A stretch of DNA of 64,000 nucleotides, from positions 294 to 64,293 of the forward strand of contig REEN01000060.1 in NCBI GenBank assembly GCA_007695015.1, given 5' to 3'. Both the position numbers and the translations under genes were made by a program. The notes beneath the pieces were generated by a model, which saw nothing but the letters and a program-made list of their open reading frames with translations, had not been told where the DNA came from and made no database searches. Below are positions 27,433-36,697 of this stretch, in pieces. The DNA comes from Marinilabiliales bacterium (GTDB lineage: Bacteria; Bacteroidota; Bacteroidia; Bacteroidales; PUMT01). Every line of letters starts with the position of its first letter. Position 1 is the first letter of the stretch.

Positions 27433-28062
27433 TCAGCAGCCTCCCTGTACCACGGGTGTACGTTCCCGGGGCCTGATAGCAGGCATTGCTGGTGGTGGCG
27501 GCGCTTCTGCGGCGCGTTCAACTGCTTCGCCTCCGAGTGCACTGTTAACGGCCCTTCTGAAATCATACCTGGCGAATTCTTCATCGGGACTTAAGTCGGA
27601 AGGCGGATCGGGATTAGCAATTGCCTCCATCCAGTAGTTAAGTCCCCCCTGCAGCACATAATTGTTGAGGTATCCCTGCTGGCGTGTCAGTATCCATGCC
27701 TCGTTGGCATGTACTGAACCGTTCGAGTAAAATACGTTGATCTTCACATCCTGGTCGAGAATATCCCTCCATTCAGGTGACAGTATGGCTGTAAGGGGAA
27801 TGTTGACCGCGCCCGGGAGGCTGAAGTTTTCAAATTCGTTGCTGCTTCTTACATCAATGAGCTGAAGAACCGGGTTATTCTCAACTATCATTCCTGCAAT
27901 CTCATCGGGTGAAACGAACTGGCTGCCGGATGCTATCTCCTGCAGGATCTGTTCGGTTGAGACCTTGCGGCTGCCGGTCATATCTTCCGGGACCATCGCA
28001 ATGATAAGTCCCATTGGTATCAGTATTATCGCCAGCAGAATTCTTGGATTTATCTTTTGCAT
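27433..28062 (-). CDS. Membrane-anchored rhodanese-like domain protein with an atypical active-site position and C-terminal GGC
   Basis: 209 aa with an N-terminal signal anchor 'ILLAIILIPMGLIIAMV'. Rhodanese core 'LQLIDVRSSNEFENFSLPGAVNIPL...INVFYSNGSVHANEAWILTRQQGY..YVLQGGLNYW'. Pro-rich tail ending 'RTPVVQGGC'. Confidence 0.85.
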   Translation of the reverse strand: MQKINPRILLAIILIPMGLIIAMVPEDMTGSRKVSTEQILQEIASGSQFVSPDEIAGMIVENNPVLQLIDVRSSNEFENFSLPGAVNIPLTAILSPEWRDILDQDVKINVFYSNGSVHANEAWILTRQQGYLNNYVLQGGLNYWMEAIANPDPPSDLSPDEEFARYDFRRAVNSALGGEAVERAAEAPPPPAMPAIRPRERTPVVQGGC

Positions 28063-28145
28063 GATGATGTTTTATGTGCCGGTTACAGGATTTGTTCCTG
28101 GATCTGTTACCGGCGGTGTTGATAATAGTGATAATTAATTGCCAA

Positions 28146-28739
28146 TCATGATCTGTAGTTGCCTGCAAATTTCTTTTCGGCCCACTCGCCTGCCCAGAAC
28201 ATGCCGAAGGCTGCCAGTATGAGCAGAAATGCGAACACCCCCTGCGACAGCCCGATCATTTCATTTACGCGTGGCGACCCCATAAAACCGGCATTGTGAA
28301 AACTTTCCCAAAGGGGGTAGCCTTCGGTAAAGATAAATATTCCTATAAACAGTCCCCCGATAAAGACGAACGCGTCGATCTTCCCTATGGCGGCGGCGCA
28401 GAAGCTTGTTCCCGGACAGAAGCCGCCGAGGATGAACCCGGCACCCATGATAACTCCCCCGGCTATTGCCGAGGTGAGGTACGTGGGGTTAACGTAAACC
28501 ATATCGAGGTCGACCCATCCGAAAAGGCTGAAAAACAGCAGTCCGGTCATCGCAACTATCGCTGCCGTGAAAAATACCTTGAGTACGGTGGTATCATAAC
28601 CGTAAAACATTCCGGCCAGCTTGCGGCTTGACGAAAAACCGCTCTGCTCGAGCACAAACCCGAAACCGATGCCGATGAAAAAGGCCAGCATCAGGTTTGT
28701 GGCAGGGCTTATTGCCTCAAATACTATCAGTGGTCCCAT
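28146..28739 (-). CDS. YeeE/YedE family sulfur-compound transport protein (second half-protein)
   Basis: 197 aa, polytopic, with 'GGFCPGTSFCAAAIG'. Forms a pair with the gene upstream. Confidence 0.82.
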   Translation of the reverse strand: MGPLIVFEAISPATNLMLAFFIGIGFGFVLEQSGFSSSRKLAGMFYGYDTTVLKVFFTAAIVAMTGLLFFSLFGWVDLDMVYVNPTYLTSAIAGGVIMGAGFILGGFCPGTSFCAAAIGKIDAFVFIGGLFIGIFIFTEGYPLWESFHNAGFMGSPRVNEMIGLSQGVFAFLLILAAFGMFWAGEWAEKKFAGNYRS

Positions 28740-28873
28740 GTTATTGATTTCTTATTGTTAAGTTTAAATTCATTTTCCTGCTTTTCTTTATTGCAGCGCC
28801 GGGTTACTTCCCGGGTTTTTCCGCCGGTGGTTTTATGAAGCATGCCAGGGCGGACTGCAGGGTATTGCCGTTT

Positions 28874-29386
28874 TTATATCCAGTTTTTCCTGAAGAACCA
28901 TGCCAGGGCAAAGGCTGTTCCGAATATTGCCATCATGGTGATAAACCCCCCGAATGATAGCACTGCCATCCCGCTCAACGCCGAACCTGAGGTGCAGCCC
29001 CGGCCGATTTGCGAGCCGTAGCCGAAAAGGATTCCCCCGGCAAGCGCAAAAAATAGTCGCCGGCGTGATGAGACCCAGGAGGGGCGCTCTGTAGTCAGCT
29101 TTGTCCTTCCGGCAATTATTCCCGATATAAAGCCCCCGGTGATAAGGCCCAGCATCTGGTAGACCAGCCATGAGTTCATCGGCCGTTCCGTGCGCATGGC
29201 ATAATTTTCGCTGTAATAGGCGGCATTATTGTAGTGGGAGGGTGCAACCGCCCTTACACCTGTAGCTATGGTGTCGCGGAGGGCACCCGTGGCGCCAAGT
29301 CCCCGTCCCGAAACGAAGTTTGCCGCCAGCAGAACCAGTCCGAGCAGCACCCCGCCGATATACGGGTTAAGATATTTTTTATCCAT
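28874..29386 (-). CDS. YeeE/YedE family sulfur-compound transport protein (first half-protein)
   Basis: 170 aa, polytopic, with 'GSQIGRGCTSGSALSGM'. Confidence 0.82.
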   Translation of the reverse strand: MDKKYLNPYIGGVLLGLVLLAANFVSGRGLGATGALRDTIATGVRAVAPSHYNNAAYYSENYAMRTERPMNSWLVYQMLGLITGGFISGIIAGRTKLTTERPSWVSSRRRLFFALAGGILFGYGSQIGRGCTSGSALSGMAVLSFGGFITMMAIFGTAFALAWFFRKNWI

Positions 29387-29455
29387 GTTTCTGCCTGTTA
29401 CTTTTTATTACTATTATAGTTGCTTCATTTAGTGCTTTCGTTTTGCCGGTCAGGG

Positions 29456-29727
29456 CTGCATGATCTGCCTGCTGTTTCCGGGGTGTGCCAGCTACTTTGC
29501 CGATGGCTTTTGCCCGGCCCGGCCTGCATGATCTGCCTGCTGTTTCCGGGGTGTGCCAGCTACTTTGCCGATGGCTTTTGCCCGGCCCGGCCTGCATGAT
29601 CTGCCTGCTGTTTCCGGGGTGTGCCAGCTACTTTGCCGATGGCTTTTGCCCGGCCCGGCCTGCATGATCTGCCTGCTGTTTCCGGGGTGTGCCAGCTACT
29701 TTGCCGATGGCTTTTGCCCGGCCCGGC
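29456..29727. repeat. 68-bp x 4 perfect tandem array in the psrC-yeeE intercistronic gap
   Basis: The unit 'ctgcatgatctgcctgctgtttccggggtgtgccagctactttgccgatggcttttgcccggcccggc' starts at 29456, 29524, 29592 and 29660. The copies read as identical. 68 is not a multiple of 3. Confidence 0.95.
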
Positions 29728-29757
29728 TTGCTGTACCGCCGGCTGTTGCTGAAAGCT

Positions 29758-30699
29758 TCAGTACAGCCACCTGCTTGCCTGTCCCGCGTAAGCGATCACG
29801 AACCTGAACATGAGTCCCCCGAAAAGCACCAGCAATCCCGGTACCAGCACCGGCACCCGGAATTTGTTGAGCTCAAGAACCTCAAGAATGGCCGGCAGTA
29901 TCATGCCGAGAAACACAACAAACACCCAGAAAATGGCTGTATATGGGCCGCCGAGAAACAGGCTCGCTGCATCTATCTGCACCTGCGTGCTTGCCAGGAA
30001 GCCCATGAACATGTGTATGATCAGGAACAGTTCTATGCCGATCAGGACAATATCTATTTTTGAGAACATTATTCTTTCTGCGTGCGAGCGGGATACCAGC
30101 ATTATATAGGCCGCACCCGTCGAGAGTCCGGAAGCAAGAAACAGTGGCCCGAGAATGGATGTGTTCCAGAGGGGCCTGGCGTTGAATGCCGAGAAAAGAA
30201 TTCCGGTATAGATGCCGAGGATGACCGAAAAGATCAGCAGCACCCAGGACATTGCGATTTTGTATTTTATGAAGAAAGTTTCGAGCCATTTGAGCCAACC
30301 GTATTTCCAGTCGAACGAAGGAAATATCTCCCTTATGTTAAGTGCACACCAGATGAAAGATATGGGCGTTACCACCATTAGGGTCCATGCTCCCCATGAC
30401 ATGGGTGATTCAAGTCTCAGTGTGGTGTAGAGCTGCCAGAAATAGGGCTTGTTGTTCAGGTCGAGCAGCAGCGCCAGCAGTCCGATCACCAGTATGAAAG
30501 GGGTGATGAACGGCGCCCTCTTTACGGCAGCAGGGTACAGTTTTTCCTTGCCCTGGATGGTATAGAGGGCGGCAAAGAACAGGATGCCCGCTGCCAGTCC
30601 CCCAAGAAAGAGGTACAGCGGTATGTGCCAGTGCCATATGTTCAGTTGCGGGTCGATCATGGGGTTCATCCGCCCGCTGATTATCACTTCTTCTCTCAT
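29758..30699 (-). CDS. NrfD/PsrC-type integral membrane quinol-interacting subunit
   Basis: 313 aa with about 8 TM helices. Immediately downstream of the Fe-S and molybdopterin subunits. Confidence 0.85.
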   Translation of the reverse strand: MREEVIISGRMNPMIDPQLNIWHWHIPLYLFLGGLAAGILFFAALYTIQGKEKLYPAAVKRAPFITPFILVIGLLALLLDLNNKPYFWQLYTTLRLESPMSWGAWTLMVVTPISFIWCALNIREIFPSFDWKYGWLKWLETFFIKYKIAMSWVLLIFSVILGIYTGILFSAFNARPLWNTSILGPLFLASGLSTGAAYIMLVSRSHAERIMFSKIDIVLIGIELFLIIHMFMGFLASTQVQIDAASLFLGGPYTAIFWVFVVFLGMILPAILEVLELNKFRVPVLVPGLLVLFGGLMFRFVIAYAGQASRWLY

Positions 30700-30718
30700 A
30701 TCCGGTACATCAGTTTTA

Positions 30719-31252
30719 TCATGTCAGAAAATAGAGATGCGGTTTCGTGCCCGCTTCCGGTATAAGTGTTTTATATCTTCTCTGCCTCAGCAGCTTTGAA
30801 ACTTCGCTTCCCGGGTCATCCAGGTTGCCGAAATACATGCATTTCGTGGGGCATACCTCCACGCAGGCCGGCCCGTTGCCCTCTTTGATCCTGTGATCGC
30901 AGAACGTGCACTTGTCGACGTGACCCTTTGGGTGCGGGAACCTTGCATCGTAGGGGCAGGAGGTGATACATGCACCGCATCCGATACAGCGCCGCGGTTT
31001 GACGAGCACTATCCCTCCGGTAGAGTAGTGGCTCGATCCGGTGGGACAGCATCGTACACATGGTGCGTTCTCACACTGGTTGCACCGTTCCGAGCGTATC
31101 TCCATCTGCAGGTGGGGATAGGTGCCTTCGGTAACTTCCACCACCCAGTCGCGTGCATAGCCTATGGGCACCTTGTTCTCTGTCTGGCAGGCCACCACGC
31201 AGTCGCTGCAGCCCACGCATTTTTTCGTATCAATGACCATAGCGTATCTCAT
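30719..31252 (-). CDS. 4Fe-4S ferredoxin-type electron-transfer subunit (PsrB/DmsB-like)
   Basis: 177 aa with four Cys clusters: 'CVGCSDCVVAC', 'CNQCENAPCVRCC', 'CIGCGACITSCP', 'CTFC...CVEVCP'. Has a 4-bp overlap with the catalytic subunit gene. Confidence 0.9.
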   Translation of the reverse strand: MRYAMVIDTKKCVGCSDCVVACQTENKVPIGYARDWVVEVTEGTYPHLQMEIRSERCNQCENAPCVRCCPTGSSHYSTGGIVLVKPRRCIGCGACITSCPYDARFPHPKGHVDKCTFCDHRIKEGNGPACVEVCPTKCMYFGNLDDPGSEVSKLLRQRRYKTLIPEAGTKPHLYFLT

Positions 31253-33492
31253 GACCGTGCCTCCTTCCCTTTATCATCCAAAATGAAGGTTACAAAATTA
31301 CCGCGCATACCGGTACCACCCATTATGGGGTCGATGTGCACCCGGCTCATAAGCTCCGTGTCGTTTATTCCGCGGCCATAGGCTCTTTTAAGCCTGCGAT
31401 CGGCGTGACCGAAACCATGCACCATATAAACCGAATCCCACCTGATCCTTTCTGTCACCCTTACCCTTATGGCGAAGGTGCTGTCTATGCCGTCCTGGTT
31501 GCGTAGCCTGACGTAATCACCGGTGTTGAGTCCCCACATCCTGGCAATGACCGGGTTGACCCACAGGTCGTTCTCTTCCATCAGGTCGGCCAGGTTGGGA
31601 TTGTTGGCGGTGCGCGCAAATGTGTGCATGGGAGCCCTTCCGTAGTTGAGGCGGTAATAACCTTCAGGAGGCTCCTCGTGAGGTGTATATACCGGCAGCG
31701 GGTCGAATCCTGCCGCCTCCATGGAGGTGGACCAGAGCTCGATCTTGCCGGTGTTTGTATAGAATTCGATATCCTGGCCATCGGCAAAGTAGAGGTCGTC
31801 GAAGTTCCTGGGATAATTCTTTACACCTGTGCGCATCATCTCTTCCAGTGATGTGCCGAGCTCTTTGAATTGCCAGTCAAGCATCTCCTCAATGCTCTCC
31901 CACGCAAAGTAATCGCCGAACCCCATACGTATGGCGAGCTCTTTGGCCATCCAGTAGGCCGGTTTGGTGTTGTGCAGCGGCTCGGTGGCCGGCGCCCTGA
32001 GGGCAATGTTGGGATTCCGCGCAGGAGAGTTCCTGATTATATCGTACCGTTCGAGATAGGTGCATTCCGGCAGCACCACATCTGCCCAACCGGTTATTTC
32101 GGCGGGCATGGTATCTACCACCACGACCAGGTCGAGGCTGCGGAGAGCCTCTTTGGTCTGTTCCTGATCAGGCAGGGTCATCAGCAGGTTGGTGCCATTG
32201 ACTATCCATGCCTTGAAATTACATTCGGGTGTTGCACCGGGTATTGACGCTTCACAGATTCCGGAGGCCAGGGCCAGGTCGGCAAGCGGATACCTTTCGG
32301 GGAATGCCTCCCTCCATGTGCGTGCGGGTTCGGGAAACGGCGGCCTTGGGTAATGCGGCACCTGCACCCTGTCGGGCATAAAGAATCCTCCCCTGCGTCC
32401 CCAGCTTCCAAGCAGGGCGTTCAGTATTGCCACTGCCCTGAGCCTCTGGGTGTCATCACCGTACCAGGTAACATGGCGACCGGGATGGATAATCACGGCG
32501 GGTGATGCTGCTGCCATTTCGCGTGCGGTACGCCTGATGGTAACGGGCTCGATGGTAGTTATTCCGTAGGCCCACTCAGGTGTGAAGTTTCTTACGTGGG
32601 CCCTGAGTTGCTCAAAACCGTAGGTGTGACGTTCAACATACTCCTTGTCGTATAGCTCCTCTGCAATTATCACATGTGTCCATGCAAGAAGAAGAGCAAG
32701 GTCGGTTGCCGGCTTGATTGGCAGCCAGTATTTGGATTTGCCGGCGACCACCGAGAAGCGGGGGTCGACAGTAATGATTGTTGCTCCTTTTTCCAGGGCG
32801 TCGGACATCTCCTGGACCTGGGTATTATGCATGTTCTCTCCCAGGTGTGAGCCTATCAGTACGAGGCAGCGGGTATCGCGGATATCGGTTATTTCCGGTG
32901 ATTCAAGTCCCTGTCCGTAAGTTGTTATGAAGGCCACTTCGCGGGGCCCCCTGCATTGCGAATATGAGGGCGCTGCAACAGAGGTCGAACCCATTGCCTG
33001 CAGCAGGGTGCTGAAATATTCGCCGCCGGATCCGTGAGTGAACAGTGCGATACATTCGGGACCGTGCTCAGCTGCTATCTCTTTCAGCCTTCGTGCAATA
33101 TAGTCAAGGGCCTCTTCCCATGAGGCTTCCCTGTAGGTCTGCTTTCCGTTCTCCACGGTCCGCATCAGAGGTGTCCTGAGCCTGTCCTCGTCATAGTACA
33201 TTCCGACTCCCCCGGTTCCGCGGGGACAAAGCCGGCCGTGGCACAAGGGGTCATCATCGTTGCCGGTGATCTTCCACAGTTTTCCTTCACTGTCTTTGTA
33301 GACCCAGCCTGCGCACCTCCAGAAACATACTTCGCAGTAGGTAGGCGTACGGGTGAGGTCGGGGGTGAGTCCGGCAGCTTCGGGCATACCGTTTTTAAGG
33401 GCGGTGCGCAGGGCCATGCCGGCTCCTCCCGCAAGTGCAAAGCCACCAAGTCCCAGTGCCGATATCCTGATAAACTCCCTTCTGCTCTTCAT
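31249..33492 (-). CDS. Tat-exported molybdopterin oxidoreductase catalytic subunit (PsrA/PhsA/TtrA-like)
   Basis: 747 aa. Twin-arginine signal 'MKSRREFIRISALGLGGFALAG', N-terminal Fe-S motif 'CEVCFWRCAG...CHGRLCPRG', MopB-like length and layout. Substrate was not determined. Confidence 0.9.
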   Translation of the reverse strand: MKSRREFIRISALGLGGFALAGGAGMALRTALKNGMPEAAGLTPDLTRTPTYCEVCFWRCAGWVYKDSEGKLWKITGNDDDPLCHGRLCPRGTGGVGMYYDEDRLRTPLMRTVENGKQTYREASWEEALDYIARRLKEIAAEHGPECIALFTHGSGGEYFSTLLQAMGSTSVAAPSYSQCRGPREVAFITTYGQGLESPEITDIRDTRCLVLIGSHLGENMHNTQVQEMSDALEKGATIITVDPRFSVVAGKSKYWLPIKPATDLALLLAWTHVIIAEELYDKEYVERHTYGFEQLRAHVRNFTPEWAYGITTIEPVTIRRTAREMAAASPAVIIHPGRHVTWYGDDTQRLRAVAILNALLGSWGRRGGFFMPDRVQVPHYPRPPFPEPARTWREAFPERYPLADLALASGICEASIPGATPECNFKAWIVNGTNLLMTLPDQEQTKEALRSLDLVVVVDTMPAEITGWADVVLPECTYLERYDIIRNSPARNPNIALRAPATEPLHNTKPAYWMAKELAIRMGFGDYFAWESIEEMLDWQFKELGTSLEEMMRTGVKNYPRNFDDLYFADGQDIEFYTNTGKIELWSTSMEAAGFDPLPVYTPHEEPPEGYYRLNYGRAPMHTFARTANNPNLADLMEENDLWVNPVIARMWGLNTGDYVRLRNQDGIDSTFAIRVRVTERIRWDSVYMVHGFGHADRRLKRAYGRGINDTELMSRVHIDPIMGGTGMRGNFVTFILDDKGKEARS

Positions 33493-33751
33493 CTGTATCC
33501 AATAGATTTAGCTTTCCTGAAAACAACGCTAAAATAGTAATTTTCAGTTACTATTCGTACTTTCCCGAACAACGGGTGTATTTTGCTTATCGATGTTAAG
33601 CTGCTAGGTAAAGACTTAAAAAACAGCACTGTGGCATGCAGGCCATATGCATAAATAGAAATATATAAATACCAATATATTGATTTGCAGCCACTATAAT
33701 TTATAGCTGGATTAAAAATAAATTATCAGGTACTGCGGGCCGCTGATCAGG

Positions 33752-36523
33752 TTATCGCGAGGCAAAACTGTAGCTGCCCTGATCCACCTCAAAAACCCTG
33801 TATCCGTTTTCATTCCTTAGAAAGCGTATATGAGGTGATGCATCAATGTCTTCGAGTGCTTCTGTTACATTGCCCTCATTGTGGAGTGGGACATAAACCG
33901 TTGCGGTGCTGCCCGCGGGCACTTCAACATCCATTTTGAAACTGCTGTCGGATTTTTCCCATCTTATGCCCGCCCTGCCGTATGGTGTAAGGTTTGAGTA
34001 GGCAACCCAGGCAAGGTCGCCGGCAGGTTCGGGCCTGAAGATGATATGCCGGTATCCCGGATCCTGCTCATCGGCCCTCATGCCGGCCAGCGTGCGGTAG
34101 AACCATGTTATGCCCCCGCCGAACATGGGATGGTTGCGCGAGTTCTCTCCGTCCCACCGTTCCCAGGTGGTGGTGGCGCCCTGCTCTATCCACCAGCCGT
34201 AGGAGGGGAAGGTGCGCTTGTTCATGGCCTCGTATGCCAGCTCGTGAAGGCCGTTCTCTGAAAGTACCTCAAAAAAGAAACGGGTACCGAAAATGCCGGT
34301 ATCGAGGTGGCCGTCGTTCGCCTCAATATCTGCCTTCAGTGCAGCTATAACCCGCTCGTACCTGTTGGCGGGCACACCCATGTGAAGTGCAAAGATGTTT
34401 CCGCCGAAAGGCCCGTAAGTTCCCTTTTCGCTGTCATAGAACCTGTTGTGAAATGCATCGCGTGTTCGTGCGGCAAGCGTGGCGTAGTGCCGGGCCTCAT
34501 CCCTGTTGCCAAGAGCCTCTGCAGTGCGTGCAGTAAGGTCGGCGCACTTCCACAGGTAGAAGGTGTGTACCATCTCGTCGGGAGGCAGCTCATCCGGCGC
34601 CACCCAGTCCCCAAGATTGATCCATCTGTTGGGGTTATCAGGGTCGGGAGCCTGCGAATGCATGATGCCTTCGTGGTCGGTCCACGTAAGCATATAGTCA
34701 ATATAACCCTTCATGCCGGGGTAGTTATTGTAGAGCATGTCGATATCGCCGTAATGCACGTAGTAGTGCCATGGCATGATGATGAGCGAGGCTCCCCAGG
34801 CCACACCTCCGCCGCAGCCGGGCTGCCAGGGCGAGCAGTTGGGAACATAGCCGTTATATGGGTTCTGTGAGCCGAGCATGTCCTGGATCCACTTGGTGTA
34901 GAAGGCCCTCGCATCGAAATTGTGCATTACGGTGATTACTGCCACCTGTCCGTCACCATTATAGGGGTTACGTTCGCGGTGGGGGCAGTCGCTCACTATC
35001 CCGCCGTGCATGTTGTCGGTCTGCGACCTCCACCAGATCTGATTTATGGTATTGAACAGCGGATTTGAGGTTTCAAACTCGCCGGTGGTCTCTACATCTG
35101 AATAGACGGCTTCGGCAGTTACCTGTCCCTCGCTTAGCTCCCCGGGCCAGTTTTTGATCTCCACCTCCCTGAATACGAACCAGGTAAAACGGGGCACATA
35201 GGATTCCGGCCCGCCGCCCTTCAGGGTCCATGTGTTGTCGCCCATCATCGATTCGCTTATGTAGTTGATCTCTATCGTGTGTCCTTCGGGGCCGGTAACA
35301 TCCTGCAGGTTGAGCCAGCCTGATATCTCCTCGCCGAAATCAATGCGGTAACGGCCGTCACCCAGGCGTGTGATCTCTTTTGGCCTGAGCACCTCCATCA
35401 CCTTGTCGGTGGGCGACATATGGGCCTTCATATGGCCCCTGGGAGTCCTCCTGGCAGCCGCATATTCCCAGTGTGTATCATTGAAACCGGGGCTGCTCCA
35501 TCCCGGCTGTTCAAGGCGCGCGTCATAGTGCTCGCCGTCATAGAGCAGGTCCATCACCACGGGCCCTTTTGCCGCTTTCCAGGTTGTATCGGTGACTATG
35601 ATATCTTCTGTGCCGTCTGTGTATGTTATGTGAATCTGCCCGATGAAACGGGGCGTTCCGTAGCCGCCCGACCAGTAGTTTGCGGGGTTGTAGAACCCGT
35701 TGCCCAGCATTGCCCCGGCTGCGTTCTCCCCCGTTTGCAGGTGTTCTGTTATGTCGTAGGCGAGGTACATCACCCTGTACTCCCTGAAGGTGTCTTCCAG
35801 CATCACCCCGATGGGACCGAGATCATCACGTTCGTCGTAAAGGGTAACGTTGGGGACCAGCACGTCGTTGCCCACCTTGCTTCCGTTAAGGTAGAATTCA
35901 AAGAAGCCGAGTCCGGTTACATATGCGCGTGCCGAAGCCACCTCTTTGGTTACCGGGAATTCTTTCCTGAGCATCGGGGCAGGAGGGGGCAGCTCTTCTG
36001 ACTCCTCGGGGTTGTCATAAAAATAGAACCTGCCCGGCCATGGGGGTCGGGGAAGGGGTTCCTCACCCTGCCACGGGGCGCCGATCCATGTTGCCTCCCA
36101 CTCTGCTTCATCCAGGAGGCCCATGCTCCAGGAGGCCGGCTCTGACCATGGCGAAACCTCGCCGTTGGCATCCCATACCCTCACCTGCCACCAGCAGTCC
36201 TGACGCGAACGAAGGGGCCTGCCTTCATAGGGGATATTGAACGACCGGGAGGATTCCACCTTGCCGCTGTTCCACAAGTCAGCCCTCCCTTCAAGCAGTT
36301 GCTCCCTTGAGCCTGCAACACGGATTTCCCAGGCCGTCTGTTTTTGTCCACGCTCCCCTTCTGCGGGGGTGTTCATCCACGACAGCCGGGGATTGGCAAC
36401 GTCGATTACCATCGGGTTTTCGAGGTTCTCGCAAAGCAGCCTTTCGGGCGTTAATCCGTTTCCTCTGACAGGGATTGCAATAAAAAGTAGGACCAGTGCG
36501 GTAAGGAGGGTTGATCTGATCAT
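33752..36523 (-). CDS. Alpha-L-rhamnosidase (GH78)
   Basis: 923 aa with a signal peptide. 'NPRLSWM', 'AWEIRVA', 'WWQVRVWDANGEVSPWSEPASWSMGLL' and the C-terminal layout are typical of GH78 rhamnosidases. Confidence 0.88.
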   Translation of the reverse strand: MIRSTLLTALVLLFIAIPVRGNGLTPERLLCENLENPMVIDVANPRLSWMNTPAEGERGQKQTAWEIRVAGSREQLLEGRADLWNSGKVESSRSFNIPYEGRPLRSRQDCWWQVRVWDANGEVSPWSEPASWSMGLLDEAEWEATWIGAPWQGEEPLPRPPWPGRFYFYDNPEESEELPPPAPMLRKEFPVTKEVASARAYVTGLGFFEFYLNGSKVGNDVLVPNVTLYDERDDLGPIGVMLEDTFREYRVMYLAYDITEHLQTGENAAGAMLGNGFYNPANYWSGGYGTPRFIGQIHITYTDGTEDIIVTDTTWKAAKGPVVMDLLYDGEHYDARLEQPGWSSPGFNDTHWEYAAARRTPRGHMKAHMSPTDKVMEVLRPKEITRLGDGRYRIDFGEEISGWLNLQDVTGPEGHTIEINYISESMMGDNTWTLKGGGPESYVPRFTWFVFREVEIKNWPGELSEGQVTAEAVYSDVETTGEFETSNPLFNTINQIWWRSQTDNMHGGIVSDCPHRERNPYNGDGQVAVITVMHNFDARAFYTKWIQDMLGSQNPYNGYVPNCSPWQPGCGGGVAWGASLIIMPWHYYVHYGDIDMLYNNYPGMKGYIDYMLTWTDHEGIMHSQAPDPDNPNRWINLGDWVAPDELPPDEMVHTFYLWKCADLTARTAEALGNRDEARHYATLAARTRDAFHNRFYDSEKGTYGPFGGNIFALHMGVPANRYERVIAALKADIEANDGHLDTGIFGTRFFFEVLSENGLHELAYEAMNKRTFPSYGWWIEQGATTTWERWDGENSRNHPMFGGGITWFYRTLAGMRADEQDPGYRHIIFRPEPAGDLAWVAYSNLTPYGRAGIRWEKSDSSFKMDVEVPAGSTATVYVPLHNEGNVTEALEDIDASPHIRFLRNENGYRVFEVDQGSYSFASR

Positions 36524-36697
36524 GGTTGATGTTTTATGTTGGAATATTAGCAGGTTTCAACTGACTGCTAAAATACGAAATAGCGGCTAACTTTTCTTTG
36601 CCCGGGCTGATTTTCGTGACAGGTTGATCAAAAATGCCTGCCGGCATGGAGAAGCCGGTTCGGCAGTCGCCCGAAAAAGTCTGATTATTCAATTCCG

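Noticed and set aside
33493-33751. Possible Moco riboswitch or other structured leader upstream of the molybdoenzyme gene
   Set aside because: The region is AT-rich and promoter-like. I could not recognise any conserved Moco-motif features or convincing helices, so I cannot support it without a covariance-model search.
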